A stretch of DNA of 64,000 nucleotides from Lingula anatina (GCA_051362555.1 CM120642.1:13268001-13332000); one strand, 5' to 3'. Positions 19,987 through 34,600 are shown, counted from the stretch's first letter. Notes: generated from the sequence alone by a model not told the origin. A program made the numbers and translations.

Positions 19987-22572
19987 ATGGCCACGTACGC
20001 AAAACGTCGTGCTTTGTTGATATCAAGTTCCAACCTGCATGGGTTTGGTTATCTAGAATACTGTACCAAGCATATAAAAGATTTCTTAGGGAGGTGAGTA
20101 AGGTGAAATGTTTGTGTTAAGAGATACAGTGTTAGTGTCTTTTTGTTAGTCTATTTCCTGGTACATATTTTCTCTACTTCTATGGTACATTGTAGCTGTT
20201 GCTAGTATAGTACGGCACAACTTCCATATAAGATATACAGTATATACACTTGTCTGCAACTGCTAGTTATGATACCTGGAAGTTACGTGATGGCAAGCAT
20301 TGCATGATTAATTTATGACACAAATTTATGTATGTCTGTAAGCGCTCTAGTATATATTTTGTTTTCAGTCGATTGATAATTTTATTATTTTCTGAATCTA
20401 AGCAATACAGAGAAAGTCCTTTTTGTGCCATATGCTCTGTATGACAGAGATGCTTATGCAGCCAAAGCCAGGGCAAAGTTTGAAGATATGGGTAATCCTT
20501 AATTTAAGTGATATAAATTAATTGCTGTATAATATAAGCATATTTATCAAACATATAGAATTGAATTTCTTTTCAAGTTTATATTGAGTTACAACAAGTA
20601 GTATGTCGTGTTATGTATAGATCTACATGTAAACTGTCTAGAACTAGAACTAATTCAGTGAAGGTGACAGGGAGTATAGACAGTGGTTTGACTAATCACT
20701 TTCCCTGTAACTGAATATATTTAGATTATGAAGCCAAACCATATTGTTCCTATTGTCAGACTCCAAAACTTTTTACATTGATATGTTTCAGGATACAAGT
20801 TAGACAGTGTCCATGAATTTAGTAATCCTGTAGAAGCAGTAAAGAGTGCTCAGGCTTTCTTTGTGGGTAAATGCCATTAAATATTTTATTATTGATCTCT
20901 TTTTTTTCATTTTTGATAAGAATTTTATGCATGTATGTTGCCATTTTATTTTTCAAAAAAAAAAAAAATAAATTGTCTGCATGGCTTTTTCATTCTTTTA
21001 TATACTTTATATACTTTTTAAAATACTTTTTGTGGAGGTACACATATATTATTCTCCATTTATATCATGAAGTGATGTAATTATGTCTCTCTTTGAAAAA
21101 ATGAGTACATTGTCTTTTATTTTTTTATAAAAGCGACACTATAACATAGAATGTGATGTGTTTTAATTTAGGTGGCGGAAATACATTCAGACTACTGAAA
21201 ACACTTTATGATGAAAACTTAATTCAAGAAATTAGAAAACGAGTGGTAGAGGTAAACATACAAAATACAGTGCAGCTGTGATCTGTCAAAACATTTTATT
21301 GGTTAAATTAAACTTTTTTATGTGGTGAAATAGAATGCTGTTTTAAGATTAATTATGTAGCAAGACGGCTTGTCTAAAGACTCAGATAAAAGTATTTCTC
21401 TAAATCACTTTCATTATGCCTTTGTTTAGGCTAGACTCACACACAAAATATCTCATTTAACTCATCGTTATCTAGGCACCAAGAATAATTTAAAAAAAAT
21501 TTATCTCTTTATATTTGCACCATATTTATATTATCTTATTGTAATTAGGATGGCATTCCATACATAGGCACCAGTGCAGGCTCTAATGTAGGAACTTGCA
21601 GCATCAACACAACCAATGACATGCCCATCGTGTATCCACCCTCCTTTAATGCCCTAAATCTGGTGCCTTTCAATATCAATGTTCACTATGTGGATGCTGA
21701 TCCCACTAGCACACACAAGGGGGAAACCAGAGAACAAAGAATCCTGGAGTATCACGAGGTTGACAATACACCACCGGTGTTGGTTAGTAGATTTTTTATA
21801 GATGCACATGTACCAGTGCACTAAAAAATATCAGCGAGTACTGTGTGATTTGGTCTCTATGGACACAACAAACACATAGTTTTGTAAGACCTCCGACTTT
21901 TACACAATTTCATACTTTGCAAAGCAGACTTCGCATCAACTCTTATTAATAAATAATTTAATTAATTAATTAATTTATTTATTTTTGCTACTGTTAAATG
22001 ACTGTTTCATTATTTTGACATGTTCAACATTTCACTATTTTTATGCATTATGTACTTCAAAGAAAAACAAAATATTATATAAAAATATGTGATTTTAAGA
22101 GACGATTCATAAAATCACATAAGCTGTACAATTCATAGTTTCATTCTTTTAAGAATTAAAATGATTTCATTTTCAAGATTAAATGGGCTCAGTTCACTCT
22201 TCAACTGTGCTGATATTCTTTCTTTAGGGTTTGCGTGAAGGCTGCATGTTACTAGTGGAAGGAGATAAGGCTGTTCTTCAAGGAGAGACTGGAGCAAGGC
22301 TGTTTACAAGGTATGGGCAGAGAAGATTCAGAAAAGAGCACTATTATAGAAATGACATGTTCATGATTCATTCTTTGATACAGGTAAGGATTGACTTAGC
22401 AGCACAATAATCTACAGATTATCCTAGCAGTTTCTGTTTAGTTAAATTGGGTTGGCTGCACATGTAGGTATCGTATATTAAGCAAACCTTGGAATTTGAT
22501 TTCAGAGGTGAAGATTCCGTGCAGTACTCACCTGGTGCAGATCTCAGCTTTCTTCTCAAGATGACCAGTTAA
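19987..22572 (+). CDS. Alpha-aspartyl dipeptidase (peptidase E, family S51), 244 aa, 7 exons
   Basis: Exons 19987-20093, 20403-20491, 20792-20866, 21172-21251, 21549-21782, 22228-22310, 22506-22572, all phase-compatible. Motifs [31 protein letters not shown] (catalytic Ser), [18 protein letters not shown] (His), [13 protein letters not shown] (Glu). Confidence 0.93.
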
Positions 22573-23411
22573 TGCAAATGAAAAGGAATTGGAAGTTATG
22601 GCCTTTCTTTTTAACACATTATATACACGTGCTATGTGTATCACAACATTACCATTTAATATTAAATAGAAATTCAGTTGTAGCATAAGAAGAAAAGGTT
22701 CACACATACATATTTTACAGTAACAATGAATTTATATATTACATTCAAATCAAGTAGCACTGTGTACTGTATAAATCAATATGAGACCAGAGTAAGTTGA
22801 ACATGTACAGTTGAATACAACTGATATTTCTAATGGTAAGAATTGGGTCAGAAACTCAGGCTAAAGTGTACTTTGAAAGAGATAAGAATACGAAGGATAA
22901 CTATCTAGCAGATTTTTTTTTTTTTTTTTAATTAAGCCTAAACTTAGAGATCAGGTTTTTCCAATGTTCTTTCTCTTCTATCATTCCACATTTCACAATT
23001 TAGCAAAAGTAGAATACATTCCAAGCTCTTTTGTCAGATGAAGTCTTTAACATATATGGGTGCAATAGGTAAATAAGACAATTATTTTTTCTTTTAGTTT
23101 TCTGACTTTTTCCAATCATCTTTCTTTTCAGTCTTTTTCTGGTAAACTCACGCATTGGATCTAGTCTACTTTGAGATTACTTTACCTTTATATTGTATCT
23201 ACCCAGTAACAAAGTTGACATCAGATTGCTTATTTGTAGATGTTATTATGGAATGAAAGAATATGTTGAAACTGCACGTCAAGTGCATGTTTTATGATTT
23301 CCATTTATTCCCTCAAATAAATAATTTTTAAAATGGCTACAAGTTCATTGGGTCTGTTTACATATTTGCTTTAGTTGTCTTTTGCTAACATCACTGCATT
23401 GAGTATCTTAA

Positions 23412-23748
23412 AGGGATAATAACTCTTCATTTTGGCCAAAAAATGAATTTTCCTGGAGTAAACTGCAATTTTCCCATACTTACCAATGGTTAATGAATCC
23501 ATTTTTACATTCAAAGTTAGTCCCTGTTTTTTTTCTAAAAAGTTTGGTTTTTTGTTAAAATCTCTTAAGAGATTATAACAGAGTATAGCCTTCAATGGAG
23601 GTCATGCGGTCTGAAGACCAGCTCAGATATCAGAATAATAACTATAACTGCCATTTTTGTGGTAAAACAGAATATATTATATTTCTGTGAGTTATTCACA
23701 ATGTTTTTATTGTGACATATAAATCTCATATGAAGAGTTATTATCCCT
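23412..23748. mobile_element. Kolobok-like MITE (~337 bp)
   Basis: TTAA|AGGGATAATAACTCTTCAT ... ATGAAGAGTTATTATCCCT|TAAG: 19-bp TIR with a near-TTAA flank on the right. Confidence 0.6.
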
Positions 23749-24472
23749 TAAGCTTATGTGACAAACTACAGTCAAAGTATTCAATAAAATTCAATTATAA
23801 TTAACCAAAACAGCTGTTTTTAAAATAACTGCAAGAGTAAAGTTAATCTGGGATCATAATTTTTCAAGTTATACTGACTGAAGCTGGAAAACAAATTATT
23901 GGATTAAGAATGTAGTTTAAAATGTGTGAATGATAATCAAAATCTAGTTGATAATGCTGTCATTTCAGGACCATTCCACAAAAATCAACAGCGTTTTACT
24001 TAATTTACTTTAATTTTTTAGGTCAAAACACAAAAACTATTACTATAGGGAACTGTATTTGACTTTGGCCGAGGTCAATATGTATTTTCAGATCTCTGAA
24101 AAGTGATACCAAGGTGTGGCCAATATCACTTTTCACAGGTCTGCACATCAATTGATCATGTTATCTTTGTACTAATTGTTAAAAAAATCAGCAATTTCAT
24201 CAACTGTCAATTTTGTATTTGATGACAACATTGTTGGCAAATAGCAAGTTTAAATTTATCATATCTCACATTCCTAGATATAAGATCGTACTCTATGATA
24301 ATTTTAACAATATCCTATAATATAGATTATGTTCCATTTTATGAAAAATGTATTTGTACATATCCATATTGTTCATATTTTCAAATGCATCACACAATTT
24401 CATGAGGCACCTGAGAGTAAATGGTACACACAAGACCATGTTGTTGCACATACAGTGTATGTTTACTGATAA

Positions 24473-24527
<55 letters not shown>

Positions 24528-24535
<8 letters not shown>

Positions 24536-24651
24536 AAAAAAGAAATAAAGAACAGCAGTTATTTTGCCCCGACAGGTTTCATTGCATCTGATGTAAAGAA
24601 ACCGGTCAGGACAAAATAAATGATGTTCTTTATTTCTTTTTTATCATATAT
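24528..24651. repeat. ~120-bp imperfect hairpin (MITE-like) abutting a (TA)n tract
   Basis: TATGATAAAAAAGAAATAAAGAACA pairs with TGTTCTTTATTTCTTTTTTATCATA; inner TTATTTTGCCCCGACAGGTTTC pairs with GAAACCGGTCAGGACAAAATAA. Confidence 0.65.
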
Positions 24652-25674
24652 CTTTCTAATGACTTTTGTTACAATATGTGGCCTGACTGGTATGTATACT
24701 TGTTCTCCATGGAAAGCACTCAACATAAAAAAAAAAGTTTATCCTTCTAATGCCAAAAATGTATTGTAATATGTTTTTCTCAACTTAATACTCTGTCGGC
24801 ATCTTTAGTTGATTTCACGATTTACAACACATCACATTCACTTGCTTATCATGAATGGAAATTATCTGCGTGCCATAACAAATTATATTTCATTAAAAAA
24901 AATTTAAATGATCTCAAAATATCACAGGGATGTGGATATTAGGTGCAACTCATTATCAGCTTAGTAAAGATAAGTTTTCCTTTTAAACTTGGGCAAATGT
25001 TCTCACCTAAACATAACATGGAAGGTTTGGGAGGTTTCTCAACATTCAAAAAAATATGCTAACACGTAGTATGAGACAACATAATTACACAGTCTAAAAT
25101 GTTCTAGGAACAGAGCAATGCCAGTACGATAACAATAAAAAAACTTGATTGAAGTCAGCCTTACATGTGTATCCCTCTCAGTCAGAAATGACATCATGAA
25201 GTATTGGCAATTCAGTGTTGCACATAAAAAATAAGTACATATTCCACATTATATACTGAACCTTGGTCTGATCTTTATCTGGTTTTAACTTCAAATGTGC
25301 CAAATAATAACATTGTACCATGTTGTGGATTTTAACCAGGATTCAGCCCAGCTTAAATCCAGGTTTAGATGAAAGTGACCCATAAAAAGCTGACCAGCAA
25401 ACAACCAACAATTGCAATCTGTCAATAAGAAACAACAGCATGGCAACTTGACTTGATGGGTGAGGCGACAGCAATCTAGAAATGGTCAATGATGTTGATC
25501 CAGAAACTGCCATCAGTTTTGGTCTGGTGTTTGAGAAACAACAGCAATGCAGTTCCATCATACAGTAAAAGAGGAATGGTATTCTGGAAAAATCTGTCAG
25601 GCAAGTGGTATTCTGGAAAAATCTGTCAGACAGTCTTGAGACTTTGAATTGAGCACAGGCATTTGGTCAACAAA

Positions 25675-28600
25675 TCAGAAGGTAGGAGGGATGGTTTTGG
25701 CAAGCTGTCCTTTGCCAAGTTTGGGTGGTGATCCAAACCAGGACATTTTGTATTCTAAAGTTTGCTTGAGCAGTTTCTGTTCCTCCTCTGAGAACCTTAG
25801 TAATGTCCCCACAGCACGGATTAAATGCACAGCCTGAAAAAAAATACGATTGCAGAGTGAATCAAAACCGGATAACTAAGACATTGTTGAAGTAGATAAA
25901 AATGTGTATGTTTTTTACAAATTTCTTCAGGGCATTAAATAAGTAATTACTATCATCATTTTTTCATTACTACTAAGTGAGCTATTTAATTATAGCAAAG
26001 TTGCTGATCGTCCAGCCTTTTTAACCCGCTACAATTCAGGTCATTTACCATTAACACTTTGCAGAATTGTTGCAATAAAAATCGATCAATTATATGTGAT
26101 GCACACAAGTATTGAGGCAGGTACTCTAGATCAAACATGGCCACACAAAAAGAAAGCACAGTCCATGATATCCAGCAAGATATCTTACCTCAGATTCTCT
26201 ACTAAGCATAAATTTTAGCACCACGTGTTTCAGATATCGGAAGTTAACCTCTGATAGTTCATCTGGTTTTCTCCATTGCACAGCATGTGTCATGTTATTT
26301 TGTTGGGTTTGCACAACAGGTGCCACTGCAGCAGATACAGTTCGACTTTCCGTCTGTAAAGTTGCAGATTTACTGCTCGGCCCATTGGTGGGAACAGTGT
26401 CTCTATTGTCTCTTAACACGACAGGTTCATCGTTGGGCAAGGCTTGAACCCTCAGCTCTCTTTGTAATGTCTTTTTCAGGTCTGCTAGCCTCTGTTGTTG
26501 CATCTTTATTGTCTGGAATGGGATCCAAAGAACATATAATAAAAAGAATAGAAAGAATTATAGTCATTAAATTGTTTCATTTAAGTCCTGTGCTGAAAAG
26601 ATTTTTAAACATGAAATTATTTAAATTATTTATCAAACATGAAAACATGTAGCATATGAACAGAGCAACATGAATACTGAAATATAAGAACTGAAACAAA
26701 GCCACCATCATATTGCTTAACATAAATACTGCAAAAAATTCTACCTTATTTTTCTCTGATATTTGCTCCTCCAAGTCTTTGACAACCAGGTTGAGTCTAT
26801 TGGTCTCCTCTGTCACTGCAACTTTACTGTTATCTAAGTTCTGGGTTTCTACTTGCTGGACCTGGAAATAGCATACATAATGTGATCAGGCTGAGTATAC
26901 ACAGACATCATATTTTTCGGTATCAGAATGGAAATGATCCAAGTTAGACCAAAGTCTCATGACTTAACATAAAATCAAGTCAGATTTTGTGGAATTTGGG
27001 TGAGAGTGGGGTCAGGTACATGTATAATAGCAGACTAGTGAGAGCAGTGCGACAATGAAACCAACAAAATATATCTTCAGTTATTTTACTAGTTGTTTTT
27101 TTTTCTTGAGTTCTGTCAAATTACAGTTGTTTGGACAACAGAACTTATTGGCCTTTTTTGATGTCACATTTGTTCTGCTTTTTAGAAGGCATTTTTTAGG
27201 CATAGATTCTTACATGTTTTCTAGTCTTGTATGATGACATACACTGGTGAAGGCCTCTATAAGGTTCTCTATGATGTTTCCCATTTCACTTGTTTAATTC
27301 ATTTCAAGTAAGCATAAGTATATAAAAAAATTGACAATTGAGTCAAAATTCATTCAAGCTACCACAATAAGTTAAATTTTGAGTTATATTCAGTTTGGAA
27401 ATAAGAGTTTATATTTTTAATATGATGAAGCAAGCTTTAATATGACAAAGCAATTATTTCTCAAGTTGTCATAAATCAGAATTATACCTGACTTTGTAAC
27501 CTCAGAACCTCTTCCTTTTGTTCCTGAAGTTCCCTGTTTGATTTTTGAAGCTCCTCTTGCATAGACCGCCTCACTGACTCCATCTGCTGAGATAATTCAG
27601 CATTACGCAGCAACAGCGCATCTTTTTCTGCAATTGTCAAATAAAATATACATCTTTTTATTGTAACATTTGCATTTTTTCCAAATAAATGTAACTATTT
27701 ATCAAAATTAAAAATCATAGATAAATATCAGAACTTGTGAAACATTTTTTTTGTGTAAACTTTACAAACAATACAACTATATTACTACCTACCACTTTTA
27801 CACTCTTGCAGTTCTGCCTGTCTACTTTTTAAATTCTTCTCTAATTTTTCAGTCTTTTCATTACTTGAGTGGGAGTCATTCTGAAGACCAGACAACTGAA
27901 ACAGTGTGTAATAGTGTGTAATAAAAAAAAATCCATTAGAATGAAAAATGGACTGAACTACAGGGTTTAAGACTCCGTGATCACTGATGCTTTTACTTAC
28001 TAATAATCAAGATTTTAAACAAGAAATATTATGTGGAATACATATATCATTACATGCCAAGCAGGCCTCACAGAGAAAAGGCAGAAGGATCCCATCATGC
28101 TGTTTACCTGTATCAATTCACAATTTACGTTAAGTTTATTTCTTTTTACTATTTTGCATATGTCATAATAATGTGTAGTCTCAGTAAGCCATATTCTGTT
28201 AATATGGCCTTACATGTCTGCATTCTAACCATTTCTTCTGTCTATGCCTACTACAACTGTGAAGCAATTGTTCAAATAAAACAATCTGGATGCCTATCAC
28301 TGTATTAAACACACCTTGTCCTGCAACTCCTGTAGTTCTGAGCTCATTGCCTTCACCTGCTGGTTCAGTTTCTCACATTCTGAAGACTTTTCTGATAACA
28401 TTTTCTGAAAAGTAAACAACATGATATTCAGAATACATACATATGTAGCCTGGCTTGTTTTACTTACTGTTCATGTTGAGTGGCTTCAGTGTATTTGTTG
28501 TTTTAGCTAAGTTTACTTTTCACCTCGTATATGATTAAAATATGTGACTTAACGAAAGCTTTATGCAACATTCATTACTCTTTAAAAGTATACATAAACT

Positions 28601-31600
28601 AGAGAATCAGAGAGGCGATACCGCCTCCAAATATTGTACCACCAGCTGGAGCAAACGCATTCGTATAGACCCCCACATACACAAAATAAGGGACACAGCC
28701 ACCAGTTTTGTGCTTGACAAGCTGTAAAAATGCAATCAACAAGAATTTTTTAACTACTGCAAAAAATATATATGGTACAATCAAATTTAAGTTCTTCGTA
28801 AGGTAGGTCAAGGGTCAATTTCAAGGTCACAGTAAATTGCCAGTATATGACTTCCTATTCAAGTTCAAGAGTAACTATGGACCTATCTCTGTCAAGTTTG
28901 AAGTTAAAAGAGAAAGAAATTAGCAGAGTTCAGTTCATTATAAAAAGTAGGTCAAAGGTCAATTTCAAGGTCACACTTAGATTGCCAGTATAGGACTTCC
29001 TATTCAACTTCAATAGTAACTATGGACCTATCTCAGCCAGTTTTGGAGATAAAAGGGAAGCAAAATTTGCAAAATTCAGTTCATGGTGAAAAGTAGGTCA
29101 AAGGTCAATTTCAAGGTCACATTTAGATTGCCAGTATATGACTTTCTATTCAAGTTCAATAGTAAATATGGACCTATCTCTGCCAGTTTTGGAGATAAAA
29201 GGGAAGCAAAATTTGCAAAGTTCAGTTTATGGTGAAAAGTAGGACAAAGGTCAATTTTAATGTCACATTTATAATGCCAGTATATGACTTCCTATTCAAG
29301 TTCAATAGTAACTACGGACCTATCTCAGCCAGTTTTGGAGATAAAAGGAAAGCAAAATTTGCAAAATTCAGTTCATGGTGTAAAGTAGGTCAAAGGTCAA
29401 TTTTAAGGTCACATTTAGATTGCCAGTATATGACTTCCTTTTCAAGTTCAATAGTAACTATGGACATATCTCTGCCAGTTTTGGAGATAAAAGGGAAGCA
29501 AAATGTGCAAAATTCAGTTCATGGTGTAAAGTAGGTCAAAGGTCAATTTTAAGGTCACATTTAGATTGCCAGTATATGACTTCCTTTTCAAGTTCAATAG
29601 TAACTATGGACCTATCTCTGCCAGTTTTGGAGATAAAAGGGCAGAAAGGTTTGCAAAGTTCAGTTTATGGTAAAAAGTAGGTCAAAGGTCAATTTTAAGG
29701 TCACATTTAGATTGCCAGTATATGACTTCCTATTCAAGTTCAATAGTAACTACGGACCTATCTCAGCCAGTTTTGGAGATAAAAGGAAAGCAAAATTTGC
29801 AAAATTCAGTTCATGGTGTAAAGTAGGTCAAAGGTCAATTTTAAGGTCACATTTAGATTGCCAGTATATGACTTCCTATTCAACTTCAATAGTAACTATG
29901 GACCTATCTCTGCCAGTTTTGGAGATAAAAGGGAAGAAAAATTTGCAAAATTCAGTTCATGGTGTAAAGTAGGTCAAAGGTCAATTTTAAGGTCACATTT
30001 AGATTGCCAGTATATGACTTCCTATTCAAGTTCAATAGTAACTATGGACCTATCTCTGCCTGTTATGGAGATAAAAGGGAAGAAAAATTTGCAAAGTTCA
30101 GTTCATGGTGAAAAGTAGGTCAAAGGTCAATTTCAAGGCCATAGTAAGATTGCCAGTATATGACTTCCTATTCAACTTCAATAGTAACTATGGACCTATC
30201 TCTGCCAGTTTTGGAGATAAAAGGGAAGAAAAATTTGCAAAATTCAGTTCATGGTGTAAAGTAGGTCAAAGGTCAATTTAAAGGTCACATTTAGATTGCC
30301 AGTATATGACTTCCTATTCAAGTTCAGTAGTTACTATGGACCTATCTCTGCCAGTTTTGGAGATAAAAGGGAAGAAAAATTTGCAAAGTTCAGTTCATGG
30401 TGAAAAGTAGGTCAAAGGTCAATTTCAAGGCCATAGTAAGATTGCCAGTATATGACTTCCTATTCAACTTCAATAGTAACTATGGACCTATCTCTGCCAG
30501 TTTTGGAGATATAAGGGACTAGATGTTATAATTTTGGAGTTACCATAATGTGCCTTAAATTTCGTACAGAAAAAATTAATTAAAATAAAGAAAATGTCAT
30601 TTTGGTCAAAATTCTTGAAATAGGAGGTGTTCTGAAGTTTCAGAAGTTCAAATTTGATGAAATGATGTCATTTTTGAACACAAATTGTCTGCTTTGCCAA
30701 GCCTTATGTTTTATTTTTCCAGAGTTCAAAATTTATTATCCATTACCGTACTGCACATTTTGCTTTTACCACCAATATGTACTTTTTGATACAGCGTAAC
30801 TCGAAAACCGTATGGAATACAAAAAAACCGAGACCACCTCCAGTGTTGGGCTTTACATGCTCTACAAAATGCAAAAAAGAATGGGTCTCTAGCATTAACG
30901 GTTCCCGAATTAGAGACAGTTTTCAGTTTCGGTATCTTATGGCCGCTACTCCCGTGAAAATGCACCGATTGACCCCAAATTCATGGAGATGAAAGATGAC
31001 CTGAAGGGTAACACTTTCCAATAATATTATTGGTTAAGTCTGTGTGGTGTCTGAATAACAGGGCAAAAAAAATTTTTTTCGTAAAAAATTTCATTTTTTT
31101 TGAAAATTTTGGCCCATTTGACCTTGAAGTAGAGGTCAAAGGTCAAATCCAAGGGTATAATTGAAATCTACACATATGACTTTTGGAAAGCCGTCTATAG
31201 AAATTTTTCCCATAACTCCTTCCGTAGGGTAGATAATTAGCATTTAATTTTGTCATTTTTAGACAAGGGTGCATTGCAATGAGTGCCACACCCAGACCCC
31301 AATACCGACAAAGCCCAAATTTTACGTGGAACCAGTTGAGATTATAGGTGACCTAAATCCATGAGATGGGTACGGGGGCCCTTACCGTCTAGGAGGAGAA
31401 GCGGTAACGGTAGCCGTCCGGCGGAGCCGGCGGAGCCGGCGGAACGATCCGGACGGGACCGAAACCATGTGTACCGCCAGCGCTAACGCTGGTGGTACAA
31501 TTAGCATTTTCTTTTGGAAAAAAATGTCTAATGTAATAACAGGTGCATTGGTTGTGTCACCTTGCTTAAATCATTAGTGACGCATTGTCCACATGTCTAT

Positions 31601-34600
31601 GTCACGTGTACAAAGGTCACTGCCTCAGTGTTGATAGCCTTTTGAATAAAATTATTACCTGTAGGGCCTGTTTTTCATCTTCTAAACTAGTTATTTGTTT
31701 CTCTGTCTCCAAATCTTTCTCCAGTGTTTCATCTTGTTTTGCTTCTAGCTGATTCTGAAAATATAAATTGAGAATTATGAAATAAGCACTTCAAGTTTTT
31801 TGAGACAGGAGCAAGTTTCAATTCCAGTGTCAATATATATCATTTTTAAAAATAACCAATGCTGCCATTATAAATATCTAAAAAAAAAAAAATGGAGGAA
31901 AAAAACATTGCATGGTTTTTCTGAAAACATTTTCACTTTATTTTGTATAATCTAACCTCTCAAAAACACCCAAATCTAAAAAGTATATAACTGCAACTTC
32001 TACCGATATTAGGAATAGTTTCCAACCGTTATGGATAGTAAATACTCCCAATACATAACTATTCAAATAATAAAGAGATATTAAAACAACAACACTTGGT
32101 TATAAGCCCGAGTTAAGCAATTAGTCAAATAGTCAGGTGTTCTTATAATTTTTAAATCAAATAAAAGAACATTCACACATATCATTAAGTAATGGAAATT
32201 TATATCATTTGTATACAGAAAATATATATTCCTTAGCTACAGGTATAACTGAATTGCCATTGGGAGGAAATTGGCATTATGAAAACAAAGTAAACCCATT
32301 TGTTTACATGGCTTACGATTGCATGTTTACCTGGCTAACTTACAAACAAACATTAGTCAGATAAACAAATCAACATATTTAAGAATGACATGCAAATACC
32401 AGTATGATTAGAGTCTAATTATCATATTAAATGCAAAATCACACATTAAACAAAGAGATATAATAAAAGTCTGTACTAAATTGGCCTTGAATGAACTTAG
32501 TAGTACAATTCTTAAGTCAACACACAATACATTGTAATTTTAACAAATGTCTAACACTGGTCAATTTATAACATTGCAAGATTCCAAACAAACTTATCCA
32601 CATTTCCCATATATGATACATATGACCTCTTGGTGTCAGTTATATTTTCAGAAGAGAATATTTATAATCATTTAACACAAAACATTAATTTTTGTTGAAT
32701 TGTTCATAAACAAGAATGGACCTAGTGTACATGTAAATTATATATTTTTTCTCATACTAGCAATTTGATTAGTAGGTGGCTTATTTTTTATTTTTGTCAT
32801 AAAAAATGGTTACCACCCCTGTATCTGATACTGACCAGCACTGAGTATGATTATTTCCATCTCAGATATCAACATTTTGGGTTATTGATCTCTTTGGAGC
32901 AAGTTTTTTTCAGTTCTTAACTGCTTCAAGGCACACTTTCTTAAAACATGACACATTTTTTTCTTCTTTAAAAACAGAGCTAATGCTCTCCGATTTAATC
33001 TTCTTATCGCTGAAACTGATATCTTAACAAACATTCTGAACTAATACAGTAATGCCCTAAGCCTTTCAATCCACAATGAAGACGTGATTAACCTGGGAGA
33101 AATAGAGATAGATTACAAAAATACTCCAAACAGTAATTCTGCTCCAAAGCAATGTTTGAATTCCAATAGAATTTCTATCCACACACTACCAAATCTTAAT
33201 CAAATCCATCCAAGTTTTTTTTTCTTTTTTTTTTTTGGTTGACTAAAACTTAATTAACTGATAATTCAAGAATATCTCATACCATAAAAATTTTAATGTT
33301 TAAAATAACTTTAATTTATAATATAAATAGGCAAGAGAATCTGCAATTTTTTAAACACTATACTATATCTTAAAACATTGGTTATTTTTGCAGATGCAAA
33401 TAGATTCTATACATTGTAGTTAATACAAATGAGATGGTTCACCCCATCACAAACACAATTTACAAATGCAGGCTATTATAGGATACATCTGAGAGTTTAA
33501 TCAATTCTCCAATGTCAAACAATTTATACATCAGGGCTCCTTTTCAATACTTCAGGCCCTGAACATGGACCCCACACCTCGTGTGCAAGCCATCCAATAA
33601 TTGGCAAGATCACCCCAACGTGTGACCAAATTGCAATGTTTGCCCGCAGTTGTCAAGCCGAGAAAATAAATTGCTGAAAAGAATAGACAAGCTTTTATTT
33701 CGTGCAGGCAATACTTGACATCTGACCTGCTGATAACACACAAATGGGAGTTATAGTTTACTTGGAGAGGTGGCGTCCTACTGATGTTCAAATACAGGCA
33801 CAGGAAGAATCTGGCACAGAACTCGCCAACATGGTAAGATTTTCAATTTGTTCTAATTTTTTTACACAATTTTTCTCTTTGTGCGATTGGGGAGGATTTT
33901 GAATTATAATTTTGTTACCTAAGCCACACAATTGAGGAGGATTTAGAAGTATAATTTTGTGACCTAAGCCACACAATAAAGTATTTAAAAGCATTGATTT
34001 GATCCACTGGTTTAAAAAATGCTAGATTCATATTACCACATTAAAAAAGTAAATACCTAGACAATCACTTCACCATATCAGTGATAAACTAGAAAGAAAT
34101 CATCAAACAAAAAAGTTTTATCATCTTTTAGCCTACGGAATTTGCCTCAATAACATGGAGTAAATATTTTGTGCTTTTGAAAACAGAAATCATAGTATAT
34201 GTTCTTTCCACTAGCAATCTGTGTAAGGACTTTTAAGAAACCTTCAACACTTTAAGTATAATTTTGATCATCTATGGTATGATATACATTTCCATTCATA
34301 TTCCAGACATACTACATCCCTGCAGGTGTCCCTCCAGACTATCACACAGGGGATGACTGGAGACTCACAGATGCCTGCAGACTTGGAGACATGGCCAGAG
34401 TCACACAGCTTTTGGAGTCTGGAGTAAACCCAAACTGTTCTGACCAAGTTAGTATCTTTTTTTTTCTCTTCAAACAGCTAGGTTTCTTTTGTATTTGTAC
34501 ACACCTAATTTGAATAACAATGTGTTTTTCTATATGATTACTCATTGTACATTGACTCAAGTGTGTGTCAGTTGATGATGACATGTGTTTATAATGTGTC

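Noticed and set aside
19987-22572. Peptidase E as bacterial contamination or recent horizontal transfer
   Set aside because: Six spliceosomal introns and host-like composition; animal S51 dipeptidases are known.
28803-30517. Regular array resembling a CRISPR, and repeated ORFs (29229, 29420, 29667, 29858)
   Set aside because: Units are contiguous with no unique spacers, there are no cas genes and the context is eukaryotic. The ORFs are translations of the satellite.
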